A stretch of 44,781 nucleotides of DNA, from contig JAWMAR010003537.1 in NCBI GenBank assembly GCA_036785375.1, forward strand, positions 1 to 44,781. Reading direction: 5' to 3'. A program made the position numbers and the translations under genes. The stretch comes from Leucoraja ocellata. Lineage: Eukaryota. The notes below the pieces were generated by a model. The model was given only the letters and a program-made list of their open reading frames with translations, was not told the DNA's origin and ran no database searches. Of this stretch, positions 1 to 12,271 are shown piece after piece. Positions within the stretch are counted from its first letter, which is position 1. Each line of letters begins with the position of its first letter.

Positions 1-994
1 ATATTATGGTCACTCTTGCCCAAGGGGGCACGTACAACAAGATTGCTAAACTAAACCCTTCCTCATTACTGAATACCCAGTCCTAAAATAGCCTGCTCTC
101 TCGTTGGTTGCTCTACATGTTGGTTTAGAAAACTATCCCGTATACATTCCAAGAAATCCTCTTCCTCAGCACCCCTGCCAATTTGATTCACCAATCTATA
201 TGTAGATTGAAGTCACCCATTATAACTTTTACCTTTGTTGCACGCATTTCTAATTTCCTGTTTGAAGCCATCCCCAACTTCACTACTACTGTTAGGTGGC
301 CTGTACACAACTCCCGCTAGTATTTTCTGCCCCTTAGTGTTTCGCAGCTCTACCCATATCGATTCCACATCCTCCAAACTAGTGTCCTTCCTTTCCATTG
401 CATTAATCCCCTCTCTAACCACATAATGCTACCCCACCTCCTTTCCTTTCTCTCTATCCCTCCTGAATATTGAATATCCCTGGATGTTCAGCTCCCAGCC
501 TTGGTCACCCTGGAGCCATGTCTCCGTGATCCCAACTATATCATATTCATTAATAGCTATCTGCACGTTCAACTCATCCACCTTATTATGAATGCTCCTT
601 GCATTGAGACTCAAAGCCTTCAGGCTTGTTTTTACAACACTCTTACCCCTTATGCAATTATGTTGAAAAGTGGCCCTTTTTGATTTTTGCCCTGGATTTG
701 TCTGCCTGCCACTTTTACTTTTCACCTTGCTACCTATTGCTTCTACCCCCCCCCCCCCCCCCCCCCCCCCCCTACATGTTGGGTCTGAGTGCTTCCCTTC
801 TCTGCCTCCTGCCTCACACACTGGCTACTAGCTTTCTCTATCTGAGTCCCTCCCCCAACCGTTCTAGTTTAAAGTCTCCGCAGTAGCCTTTGCAAATCTC
901 CCCGCCAGGATATTGGTCCCCCTCAGGTTCAAGTGCAACCCGTCCTTTTTGTACAGGTCCCACCTTCCACAAAAGCGGTCCCAATGATCCAGGA
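1..994 (-). mobile_element. CR1-clade LINE fragment: end of ORF1 (SGNH esterase), inter-ORF spacer and APE endonuclease of ORF2; runs off the window start
   Basis: Minus ORFs 429-821 (SLNARSIHNKVDEL...DIVGITETWL) and 213-422 (VVYRPPNS) are APE endonuclease motifs. Sequence is colinear with the plus-strand CR1 at about 12780-13800. Frameshifted. Confidence 0.9.
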
Positions 995-1600
995 CTGGAG
1001 GTCATAGCCTCAGAGTGTAAAGGACGTTCTTTGAAGAAGTACATGAGGAGATAGTCAAAGGTCAAATGTTCATAAGGCACATGAGTAGAATTAGACCATT
1101 CGGCCCATGAAGTCTACTCCGCCATTCAATCATTGGTGATATATCTCTCGATACTAACCCCATTCTGCTGCCTTCTCTCTATCTCCCCTGACACCCATAC
1201 TAATCAAGAATCTATCTATCTCTTCCTTAAACATATCCAATGACTTGGCCTCCACAGCCGTCTGTGGCAAAGAATTCCACAGATTCACCACACTCTGATG
1301 AACGAAATGACTCATTATCTCCTTCCTAAATGAAAGTCCTTTAACTCTCAGGCTGTAACGTCTAGTCATAGACTCTCCCATTCACGCAAACTGGAGGATG
1401 GTGAACCTGTGGAATTCTTTGCCACAAATGCTGTGAAGGCCATGTACTGTAAATGGACATTTAAAAGCAGTGAAGAATAGACTGTTGATTATTACTGATG
1501 TTTTGGGTTATGGGTAGTAACGGGTGAATTGGGTTAGGAGGGAGAGATAGATCAGCCATTACTGAATGATGGAGTAGACGTGATGCTCCTATTGGATCAA
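995..1600. mobile_element. Degraded CR1 3'-end fragments in both orientations (about 1075-1385 minus; 995-1050 and 1386-1600 plus)
   Basis: VVNLWNSLPQ ORF2 C-terminus (ORF 1154-1381) and CR1 3'-UTR motifs such as GATCAGCCA...GAATG. Confidence 0.75.
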
Positions 1601-1989
1601 TTTTGCTCATCATTTTTGGCCCTATGACAATATCAGACATAACGCCCAATATAGAGAGGCAATGCTGATACAATGGATGAAAGATTCAAAATGTCCAACA
1701 GCCGTACGCAGTAAACGGAGGCCAGATAACGTGATCCAGAGCAATATAACTGGTGGAGTGGACTGATCCTCTGACATCATGGAATGTGACACGATGACAA
1801 CGCTTACACAGAGGCCGAACTTTTTTCTTGGAAAGAGGAAATGGTAATAGTGCATTATATTAAAAAAATGGGTAACTCGCTTAAGGCTTGGTGAGATCGG
1901 AACAGTGCACATCCTAGTGAGACAAAACACGATGTATTCTAAATAGGCGCAGGTCAACTGCAGTTATAACATTGGCAACATTAATTTTT

Positions 1990-2300
1990 GTTAGTTTAGT
2001 TTAGTTTAGCTTAGTTTAGTTTAGTCGAGTGATTATAGCATGGAAACAGATCCGTCCCACTGAATCCAGGCCGACCATCGAACACCGATCCACGCTAGAT
2101 CTATGTCATCCTCCTTTCTTATCTACTCATCACATATTTCGGCCACTTTATAGAGACCAATTAAGTGACACTCCCACACAGCTTTGGGATGTGAGAGGAA
2201 ACATTGGGCCACTCGGTAACAGGGAGAAGTTGCAAACTCCACGCAGACAGCACCAAGGCCAGGATTGAAACCAGGGTCTCTACCGCTGAGTCAGCGTCTG
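1990..2300 (-). mobile_element. tRNA-derived V-SINE/HE1-like SINE, degraded, with (TAAAC)n tail
   Basis: (GTTTA)n at 1990-2025. Reverse complement is colinear with the SINE at 38820-39151 (B-box-like GGTTTCAATCC, V-domain remnant TTTCCTCTCACATCCCAAAG). Confidence 0.7.
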
Positions 2301-2409
2301 TATGTGATTTACCCCAGGTTTTCGCGGCAGTGGTAATTTGGCGATATCACTGAGGAATATGAGCATGACGAGGATCAGTGCAGAATCTGGCTATTGGCTA
2401 ATTGACCAA

Positions 2410-3052
2410 GGCTAGTGGAATGTTGGCCTTCATAACAAGAGGATTTCAGTAAAGGAGTAAAGAGGTTCTTCTGCAGTTGTATAGGGCTCTGGTGAGACCA
2501 CATCTGGAGTATTGTGTACAGTTTTGGTCTCCTAATTTGAGGACATCCTTGTGATGGAGGCAGTGCAATGTAGGTTCACGAGATTGATCCCTGGGATGGC
2601 GGGAATGTCATTTGAGGAAAGATTGAAAAGACTAGGCTTGTATTCACTGGAGTTTAGAAGGATGAGGGGGATTCTTGTAGAAACATATACAATTATAAAA
2701 GTGCTGGACAAGCTAGATGCAGGAAAAATGTTCCCAATGTTGGGCGAGTCCAGAACCAGGGGCCACAGTCTTAGAATTAAAGGGGAGGTCATTTAAGACT
2801 GAGGTGAGAAGAAACTTTTTCACCCAGAGAGTTGTGAATTTGTGAAATTCTCTGCCACAGTGGAGGCCAAGTCACCGGATGGATTTAAGAGAGAGTTAAA
2901 TAGAGCTCTAGGGGCTAGTGGAATCAAGGGATATGGGGAGAAGGCAGGCACGGGTTGTTGATTGGGGACGATCAGCCATGCTCACAGTGAATGGCGGTGC
3001 TGGCTCGAAGGGCCGAATGGCCTCCTGCTCCTATTTTCTATGTTTCTATGTC
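2410..3052 (+). mobile_element. CR1 LINE 3' fragment
   Basis: [13 protein letters not shown]-type region, ORF 2551-2796 ([13 protein letters not shown]), 3' stem-loop GGGCCGAATGGCCT and TTTCTATG tail. Confidence 0.9.
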
Positions 3053-3109
3053 TAATCACCTGAAACAATGCGGATTTTACCATTAACCAAGACATAGATT
3101 TGTGAATGA

Positions 3110-3630
3110 AGGTACTGCAGGTTCTGGTTTACACCGGCAATAAATCCTGGAGTAACGCAGTGGGACAGGCAGCATCTCCGGACACAACAAATGGGAAACG
3201 TTTCAGATCGAGACCCTTCTTAGGTCTGATAGTCAGGGGAAGAGACAGTTTAGAGGTATGGAAGGGCAAGGTGTGAAAACGGCATATCAAAGCAAACAAT
3301 GCTGATGGAATGTAGAATAGTTATTTGTTGACTGAGGGGAAGCTGACAAGAAAGCATCCAATCAGTGAAATTAATCAGGACAGTGAAATGTTGGCAAACT
3401 ATGATGGGGAGGGATAGAGTGAGAGGAAAAGCAAGGGTTAAATCAATATTTACAGCCGTTGGGGGTGTAAGCTGCCTGAGTGAAATATGAGGTGCTGTTC
3501 CTCCAATGTTCGTTGGGCCTCACTCTGACAGTAGAGGGGCCCAGGACAGAGCTGTGTGGGAATGGGCGGGAAGTTAGTGTTTAGCAACCGGGAGATCACG
3601 TTGGCCAAGGTGGATTGGTGTAGCTGTTGT
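3110..3630 (-). mobile_element. Penelope-like element 3' fragment with degenerate hammerhead-type terminal repeat
   Basis: Minus translation CQSEAQRTLEEQHLIFHSGSLHP resembles the PLE GIY-YIG C-terminus. Minus strand AGAAGGGTCTCGATCTGAAACG (about 3199-3220) resembles the CUGANGA-stem II-GAAA core. Confidence 0.7.
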
Positions 3631-5029
3631 GAAACCCATTGCTTCGCTGCTATCGACATTTTGACATGTTCACTTGTGGCAGCGTAGAACAGTACAACAT
3701 AGGAACAAGCGAGTCGGCCCTTAATATCATTGCCGAACATGGTGCAAAATCATCGTTTCTGTTTGTACGTGTGCTATATCTCTCCATTCCTCACATATCT
3801 AGATGCTACTGGCACATCTGCCTCCTCTAACACCCAAGGCAGCTACCAGTCTCAACTCCGTGTGCAAAATGTTGTCCCACATATCTTCTTGAAACATTGG
3901 CCCACTAAACAGATAGTCATTTGCATCCTAGCTGTTGTTTATTCCACAATCGTCTTTGCTAAAATCGCAAAGATCTAATCGGAATCTGTTGTGTTTATAT
4001 TGCCTGATATTTCGCTAGATTCTGATCAGGGAAGCATTTAAAGCTCGGAGTTACTGTGGGGATATTTAGGACATTGAGACTCTCGAAAATACATATTGCG
4101 ACCCAATCTGAAATGTTTCAATTTTCAATCTTGAAATGTAAACGTTTTGCAGTTTAATCTATGGACGTTACATAATGCGGCATGTTTGGGTCAGTCTGAG
4201 TGTCCTTTGGTCAAGATGAAAGGCGCTGAGTTCAAATGGTTTCAATCCTCTTGCAAATGGACATTGTGGAAAAGCAGCCTGCTCTCCAGAAGTGGTGTCG
4301 CATACTTGCATTGTCCTCTCACAAACGCCGCGTTATTCTCTGCCATCGTATTGCAGGGACCTTTGCACAAAATAAAATCTGATAATCCTGTCCGGGAAAT
4401 CTCAGGTCACTTTACTATTGCTGCCAGTGGCCAGAAAATAATCCATCTGGTCAGTTGCGAAAAACACATCGAGGAACATTGTTTTTTGTGTTTATTTTTC
4501 GATGAGAGCGCAGCTGGACGCAACCGACGCATTGATGTAAATAATCTCAGAAGTAAAAGTCCCAGATTAGAACACTGACAGACAGAAAGAGCATCTAATT
4601 GTCCCCACCAACACAGTAGAGAATTAGGCCGTGCGCCATGCAAATCTTCAAGCGATTCAAGAGCGTGGCGAATGTTTCAGATGGTTTTCTGCTCGTCATT
4701 TGATAATATAATGGAGATTATATCCACGTTCACTTGAGGTAAAGAAATCCAGAACTCATAGTTTGTGCAAGCATTCCGAAGGCTGGAATGGGGAGAGGGG
4801 AGTTCCTTGACCCAGTGCTCTCTCCATACCAACTCACTCTTTTATTAAACTTCTCCCAGAACTGACAATACCCGAATGTCAATGTGAAGGAAACTATGTT
4901 CTGCCTGAAAGGCTGAGGATAGTGTGAGGCGGGAGCCTTGTATCAACATGTAATATGTGTATTCAGTTATCGGATGGAAGCTGACCCATGATGATCCTGG
5001 CCTGGTTGTGGGTGATGAGGCAGAGAAAC

Positions 5030-5442
5030 ATTGAAACATAGGCAATAGGTGCAGGACTTGGGCATTTGGCCTTTCGAGTCAGCACCACCATTCAACATGA
5101 TCGTGGCTGATCATCCACAATCAGTACCCCGTCCCTGCTTCTCCCCCATATCCCTTAATTCCGTTAGCCATAGCCATACCTCTAACTCTCTCTTGAAAAC
5201 ATCCAATGAATTGGCATCTACTGCCTTCTGTGGCAGAGAAGTCCACAGATTCACAATTACCTGGGTGAAAAAGGTTTTCCTCATCTCAGTAATAAATAGC
5301 CTACACCCTATTCATAAACTGTGACCCCCGATTCTGGACTCCCCAAACAAAGGGGAACATTTCTTTCTGTATCTAGCCTCTCCAATCACTTACGAATTGT
5401 ATATGTTTCTACAAGATGCCCTCTCATCCTTCTAAAATCCAA
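5030..5442 (-). mobile_element. CR1 3' end; the element continues at 10258-10742 on the far side of the Rex1 insertion
   Basis: ...CTTCTAAAATCCAA (5442) joins ACAAGCCCAGTCGACCC (10257 onward) as in the other CR1 copies. Confidence 0.8.
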
Positions 5443-5538
5443 CTCAGATTCAGATTCAGATTCAGAAAACTTTATTGTCTGTCGTAACAGAAAATCTTCT
5501 TTGACGTGGCTCAACATACAGACAGGACAATGTACTGA

Positions 5539-6453
5539 TAATAATAATAATAATCTTTATTTATATAGCACTTTTCAACAAAACCAGTATTTGAACCAAA
5601 GTGCTTTACAGAGATTGATTAAATTAATTGAACAGATCAAATGTCAATAAATCCATACAAAACAAAAAAGAGAAAAAGAAAAAAAGACATAGAACAGTAC
5701 ACTATAGAAATCAACATGAAACGTCCCCCCACAGCAGAATTCACTGTGAGGGAAGGCACTAAAAATATCCAGTTCTCCCCTTCATAGTCCACCCGAGGTC
5801 GGGGCCTATATCTGGCCTCCTCAGCCAACCCGGTGTTTTCAGGCCCTCTGCCGCGAAGCTGGATCATCGGCGTCGGGTGAACATCCTTCAGCGGCTTGGA
5901 CTGAAGCGGCCGCTTCCTCCCCGAAGACTGCAATGACCAAAGTTCACAGGCCGTGCTGGCCGGACCTCCGACTCTGGCGATCTCGGATCCCAGGCTCAGC
6001 GGTGCTGTAAATCCAGTGCCGCCCACCCACAGCTGGACGTTCTGTAGCCGCAGCTCAACGATGTCGCAGTCGGCGGTCACAGTGCCCCGGAGCTTACCGC
6101 AAGGCGACCCAGTAAGGCATCGCCCGCTCCATGTTGGTGTCCCAGCATCTGCACCGCCGGCGAAGCTGTAGTCCCGGCAGGAAACGGCGCTCCAGCGCTG
6201 CTCCAGTTCGATGGTAGGCCGCACAGAGAGGACGAAGATGCGGTTCGGAGAAAAACCGCATCTCAGACCAGGTAGGACTGGGATTAAAATAGTTTCCCCC
6301 TTCCCCTTCCCTCACCCACCACATAAAAGAAGACCTCCAAGAAACATTTTGTACGGACAGGACTAAAAATAAAAATAAAAAAGTGTGAAAGGACGGACTG
6401 CAGGAGGAGCAGCCATACACAACGGCGCATCACCCCCGCAGTCCGCCATCTTT
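5539..6453 (-). mobile_element. GC-rich non-autonomous retroposon E1 with L2-type tail, nested in the Rex1 3' UTR
   Basis: 5' AAGATGGCGG, body homologous to E2, tail TGTAAAGCACTTTGG...GAAAAGTGCTATATAAATAAAG(ATT)n. No clear TSD. Confidence 0.75.
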
Positions 6454-6793
6454 ATAGTTTACTCGATACATGTGACAATTAACTAAACTAAATCCCATCT
6501 GCATCTTCTCCTGTACAATTTCATCTTTGCTATTATATACTAACAGGAAGCACTCCTCGACAATTTGAGCAATTTTCTGGCATTCCTTTGGCAAGGGAAG
6601 ACTGAAAACATTTAGTCAGAACCTCAGCTGTTCCCACCTGATAAGCAGTCATACAACACAGATTTCTGCGAGCACACACAGTGTGTATCGATCTTAAAAG
6701 CAAATATAAAGAATAAAAACTGTAAAAATAGACAAGATAAAAGTTGTGGGTATGTGTAAAGTGACAATGCATCAGGGTTAATTTGTCCATTGT

Positions 6794-9700
6794 TCATTGT
6801 TTATTTAAGCTGTTTATGGCAATGGGTATGAATGAGTTTTTGTGGATGTTTTTCTTGGATAGGGGGACTTTATATCGGCGGCCTGATGGCAGAAGTTGGA
6901 AAGACTTGTGCAGGGGGTGGGTGGGATCCTGTGTAATGAGATTGGCTTTCCTTTTAACTGCCTGGGTGTGGAGTACTGATCATTGATTTTGCGTTTTGCC
7001 AGTTATTTTGCTTGCCTGATTGATGATCCGGGAAAGCTTTGATTTGTCTTTGACAGAGGTGAGGGTGAACCAGGATGTGATGTTAAAGGTGAGTACAGAT
7101 TCTATAAGTGATTTATAGACAGCTGTTAAAACGTCCTGTCTGACATCAAAGCTCCTGAGTTTCCTCAGCAGGAACAGGCGTTGCTGTGCCTTCTTGTACA
7201 CAGAGTCTGTGTGCTGGGAGAAGGACAGGCGGGTGTCAATCTCTGTGCCCAGGTATCTAAAGGCCTCTACCTGCTCAACTGTCTGCCCATTTAGCCTCAG
7301 AGGTTCAAAGAGAGGTTGGGGGGAAGATGTTCGCCTCCCCCCACAACACAGCTCCTTGGTCTTGGAGATGTTAAGCTCCAGAGAGCTCTCTTTGATCCAC
7401 AGCATCAGGGTGTTGACCTGCTGATAGTAGGCAGCCAGAGAAGTGTGATCCTTGATGTGGGCCACCAGGGCCATATCGTCTGCATACTTAAAAAGGGAAA
7501 TGTCACTGTTATTGTTTGTTATGTTGTTTGTGTAGATGGAAAATAAAATCGGTGATAAGACACAACCCTGGGGGACACCAGTGTTTAAAATCATGTTCTT
7601 GGATTTAAAACCATTTACCACCACATGCTGAGGCCGGTCCTGCAGAAAGTCTTTTATCCACAGGATAAGTGATGGGTTGACTTGTAGATCCAGAAGTCGG
7701 TTACAGAGGGTGACCTTGTTAACTGTGTTAAAAGCTGAAGAAAAGTCCATAAATAAAATCCGTGTGTGGGGGTGTGGGGAGTCCAGCTGTCTGCTAACTG
7801 TGTCCAGAAGAGTCAAACAGGCATCCTCCACCCCACGCCTTGCCTTATAGGCAAACTGGAGTGGGTCAAGCCTGTCCACCACCATAGCAGTGAGGTGATC
7901 ACTTACCACCCTCTCCATACACTTGGAAAGAATGGATGTGAGTGCCACCGGTCTGTAGTCCTTCATCTCCGTGGCGTTAGATTTCTTCGGCACCGGTATG
8001 AGTGTGGACTCCTTCCACATCCATGGGACACAGCTGGAGTCAAGGAGATGCTGGAATAGCTGAGTGATAACATCACCCAGCTGAACTGAGCATTCCCTCA
8101 GCACCTTGCCCCTGAGCCTGTCCGGGCCAGAAGCTTTGTGAGGGTTGATGCGGCCCAGTATAGATGTAACCTTCATTTTATCCACTGTGATTGATGAATT
8201 GCTGGTGAGGGTCCAGTCATTCTGGGGGTGTGTCCTGTCAAACCTGCTGTAATAGATGTTGAGTTGCTCAGCAAAGGTGGCAGGGTCAGAGCATTGGATC
8301 AGGGCCGGTTTCTGGGCTCTGCCCATCATGATGTTAGGTCCCTGCCATGCCTCCCTTGCATTGCCAGTGGTGAATTTTTCCTCCACTTTGTTTTTTGTAG
8401 TGGAGTTTGGCCAGCCTGGTCTTCCTTCTCAGCTCACTATTATACTGTTTTACTCTGTGTTTGTCTCCCTGTAGGAATGCCACTTTTTTGTTGTTAAGAC
8501 ACTGCACCCAAGGCTTGTTATTAGGGTACAGCTTGACCTGTTTTGTTGGTATAACAGCATCCACACAGAATGACAAATAGGAGGAGATTAGAGTCGGTCA
8601 GCAGATTTAGGTCTCCCTCACAACTTTGGAAAAATATTTCCCAGTCAGTGATCTCCATGCAGCCCCTTAATGCATCGACAGAGTCATCGTTCCAGACTTG
8701 AATAGTTTTTGTTTGTATATCTGTTTTTAGTTTTTGTCTGTATTTTGGAAGCAGCAGAATGACATTATGGTCGGAACGACCGAGCGGTGGGCGGGGCTTT
8801 GAGACATAGGCTCCCGGTATGTTACCGAAACACAGATCCAGCGTTCTGTCAAGTCTGGTAGGTGTGGTGACATACTGCTCCAAGTTTGGAAGCTGTGTGG
8901 TGACATCGCATCTGTTAAAATCCCCGAGCAGGAAGACAGGCTGATCGCTGCTCTGATTGACAACTCTGTTGAAACAGTCAGCAATGCGCTCCGTTGCAAA
9001 TGCGTTATCAGGTCCAGGGACATACGCTAGGATAACTGTGATCTGTGTGAATTCACGGGGAAGGTAGTGAGGCCTGAACGACACCGTCATGATTTTGTGG
9101 TGTTTGCTGCATTCAGTCTCTCTGACAGTGAAGTTGACAGCCCACTCTGTGTTGACAGCCCACTCTATGTTGACAGCCCACTCTATGTTGACAGCCCACT
9201 GTGTGTTGCCAGCCCACTCTATGTTGCCAGCCCACTCTATGTTGACAGCCCACTCTATGTTGCCAGCCCACTCTATGTTGACAGCCCACTCTGTGTTGCC
9301 AGCCCACTCTGTGTTGCCAGCCCACTCTGTGTTGCCAGCCCACTCTATGTTGCCAGCCCACTCTGTGTTGCCAGCCCACTCTATGTTGCCAGCCCACTCT
9401 GTGTTGCCAGCCCACTCTATGTTGCCAGCCCACTCTGTGTTGCCAGCCCACTCTGTGTTGCCAGCCCACTCTGTGTTGCCAGCCCACTCTGTGTTGCCAG
9501 CCCACTCTGTGTTGCCAGCCCACTCTGTGTTGCCAGCCCACTCTGTGTTGCCAGCCCACTCTGTGTTGCCAGCCCACTCTGTGTTGCCAGCCCACTCTAT
9601 GTTGACAGCCATGCACAGCCCGCCCCCAATCGATTTCCGCGTCATCCTAGTGTCTCTGTCAAAACGGATGATCTTAAATCCATCAATATCGACATTGATT

Positions 9701-10137
9701 ATTTTTTCTGACAACCATGTCTCCGTGAAGCAAAAGAGACTTGTTTGATGGTAGTCTGAGTCAAGTTTGATGAGTGCGGAAAGTTCAGTTATTTTGTTGC
9801 GTAGTGACCATACATTGGAGAGAGTTATTGCAGGTAGTGGCAGCCTCCTACCTCGTCTCCTCATTCTGTTCCGTATTCCTCCTCTGGACCCCCTTCTCCT
9901 ACGAATGCTCTTGATGTAATGATTCCTCTGTAGCTGAGGAATCCCATTCAGGGAAGAAGGTGTCACTTGTAGAGCCAGGGAAGCAGGCCGCAGATCCAGC
10001 AAAGTGTCCCGTGAGTAGGTGAGCCTCCCTCCATGGCGTGTCATGGGATTTGCCGGTGTAGTACATATCGCAAATACTGGTTCCAGAAAGGCGGTCAGAA
10101 CACACACACTCGCTAAATACTTCACCGTGGTGGTCAT
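6794..10137 (-). pseudogene. Rex1-type EN-RT polyprotein with two frameshifts (about 8576 and about 8390) and one in-frame stop (6980)
   Basis: YSRDTLLDLR...RRRRGSRGG...LPAITLSNVWSLRNK; FTETWL; LGDFN; LGRSDH; DYRPVALTS; DPLQFAY; FMDFSSAFNT; GVPQGCVLSP; KYADD; past the stop, DPTHPLHKSFQLLPSGRRY...NSFIP. Confidence 0.9.
9133..9610. repeat. 18-bp minisatellite GTTG(C/A)CAGCCCACTCT(G/A)T, about 26.5 copies, in frame inside the Rex1 endonuclease
   Basis: Directly visible tandem array encoding A(G/V)N(T/I)EW hexapeptides. Confidence 0.98.
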
Positions 10138-10257
10138 ACTTGCTGTCGTTAAATACCACACTTAATGACTCTCAGAAAAACACTAAACAACTCAGAAAAC
10201 ATGCAAACATACGGGAGCAGCGCGCCGCGGTTCGCTCACAGAATAGCGCCCCGCCCA

Positions 10258-12056
10258 CAAGCCCAGTCGACCCATTCTTTCATCATATGTCAGTCACGCC
10301 ATCCTGGGATTAACATTGTAAACCTACCTGCACCCCCTCAATAACAAGAATGTTCTTCCACAAATTAGGAGACCAAAACTGCACACAATACTCCAGGTGT
10401 GGTCTCACCACAGCCCTGTACAACTGCAGTAGGACCTCCTTGCTCCTAATCTCAAATCCTCTCGCAATGAAGGCCAACATGCCATTAGCTTTCTTCACTG
10501 CCTGCTGTACCTGCATGCATACTTTCAGTGACTGATGTACAAGCACACTCGGGTCTCGTTGCATCTCCCCTTTTCCTAATCTGACACCATTCAGATAATA
10601 ATCTGCCTTCGTGATCTTGACACCAAAGTGTATAACCTCATATTTATCCACATTATACTGCATCTGCTATGCAGCTGCCCAATCACCCAACGTATCCAAG
10701 TCACCCTACAGGCTCATAGCATCCTCCTCTCAGTTCACTCTGTCACCTATCTTTGTCAATAGACAATAGGTGCAGGAGTAGGCCATTCGGCCCTTTGAGC
10801 ATGATCATGGTTCTGGTTCTGGTCTCCCCCAACATCGGGAACATGTTTCCTGCCTCTAGCGTGTCCAAGCTCTTAACAATCTTATATGTTTCAATGAGAT
10901 CCCCTCTCATCCTTCTAAACTCCAGAGTGTACAAGCCCAGCTGCTACATTCTCTCAGCATATGACGGTCCCGCCATCCCAGGAATTAACCTTGTAAACTT
11001 ACGCTGCACTCCCTCAATAGCAAGAATGGCCTTCCTCAAACTAGGGGACCAAAACTGCACACAATACTCCAGGTGTGGTCTCACTAAGGCTCTGTATAAC
11101 TGCAGAAGGACCTCTTTGCTCCTATATTCGATTCCCCTTGTTATAAAGACCATCATGCCATTCGCTTTCTTCACTGCCTGCTGTACCTGCATGCTTACTT
11201 TCATAGACTGATGTACAAGGACCCCTTTTCCCAACTTGACGCCATTTAGATAGTAATCAGCCTTCCTGTTTTTGCTACCAAAGTGCATAACCTCACATTT
11301 ATCTGCCTTAAACTTCATCTGCCATGCACCTGCCCACTCCCCCAACCTGTCCAAGTCACCCTGCATTCTCATAGCATCCTCCTCACAGTTCACACTGCCA
11401 CCCAGCTTTTTGTCATCTGCAAATTTGCTAATGTTACATTTAATTCCCATCGTCTAATTCGTTAGGGAAGTCCAGGACAAGGGGTCACAACTTAAGGATA
11501 AGGGGGAAATCCTTTAAAACCGAGATGAGAAGAACTTTTTTCACACAGAGAGTGGTGAATCTCTGGAACTCTCCGCCACAGAGGGTAGTTGAGGCCAGTT
11601 CATTGGCTATATTTAAGAGGGAGTTAGATGTGGCCCTTGTGGCTAAGGGGATCAGGGGGTATGGAGAGAAGGCAGGTACGGGATACTGAGTTGGATGATC
11701 AGCCATGATCATATTAAATGGCGGTGCAGGCTCGAAGGGCCGAATGGCCTACTCCTGCACATAATTTCTATGTTTCTATGTTTAATATATATTGTAAGTA
11801 ACTGGGGTCCCAGCACTGTGCCTTGCGACAACCCACAACTCCCTCCCTGCCATTCTGAAAAGGACCCGTTAATTCCAACTCTTTGCTTTCTGTCAATTCT
11901 CTATCCGTGTCAATACCCTACCACCAATACCATGTGCTCTAATTCTGCACACTAATCTCTTGCGTAGGGCCTTTTTGAAGGTCCAGATACACTACATCCA
12001 CTGGTCTCCCTTATTCATTCTACGTTACATCCTCAAAAGATTCCAGAAGATTAGTC
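10258..12056 (-). mobile_element. Tandem minus-strand CR1 RT/3' fragments with a plus-strand CR1 3' end nested at about 11461-11780
   Basis: ORFs 10310-10663 and 10944-11450 ([19 protein letters not shown]); nested piece ends in TTTCTATG. Confidence 0.85.
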
Positions 12057-12271
12057 TGTCCCAGTGTATTTCAGGTGAAAGAGCCAAAGGAACTTTGTCA
12101 TTAGGTCTCGTCAAGGATTACCCTCCCCTATAATATTGGTTTAAAAAAATAGTTGTGGGGGCTTTGCTCATTGTATTAGCTGTACATCCTCTGCCCTTGT
12201 AGAATATCAACGAACAATGTTTATGAAGATAACGATGTATTTACCCGTGGTGTCATTGCCCGCGGAGTGAC

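Larger units (their letters stand above)
5443..10256 (-). mobile_element. Full-length Rex1/Babar-type non-LTR retrotransposon, disabled
   Basis: GC-rich 5' leader at about 10200-10256, single EN-RT ORF, and 3' end ...GACAATAAAGTTT(TCTGAA)n at 5443-5480. Confidence 0.85.

Noticed and set aside
746-772. Long poly-C run giving poly-Pro or poly-Gly ORFs
   Set aside because: Homopolymer expansion in the CR1 spacer; the corresponding run near 12961 is only 7 G.
1295-1308. CTGATGA...GAAA hammerhead-like motif
   Set aside because: Lies in antisense CR1 coding sequence with no room for stem II; chance.
4147-4578. 143-aa plus-strand ORF in unique sequence
   Set aside because: Non-ATG start, no recognisable domain and no supporting exon chain.
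9067-9748. Repeat-protein ORFs (VASPLC, LPAHSV, WQHRVG) and a possible CRISPR array
   Set aside because: These are alternative frames of the 18-bp minisatellite. There are no unique spacers and the context is eukaryotic.
10753-11211. Many 60-170 aa ORFs antisense to CR1 ORF2 ([15 protein letters not shown]...)
   Set aside because: Shadow frames of CR1 repeats, not independent genes.
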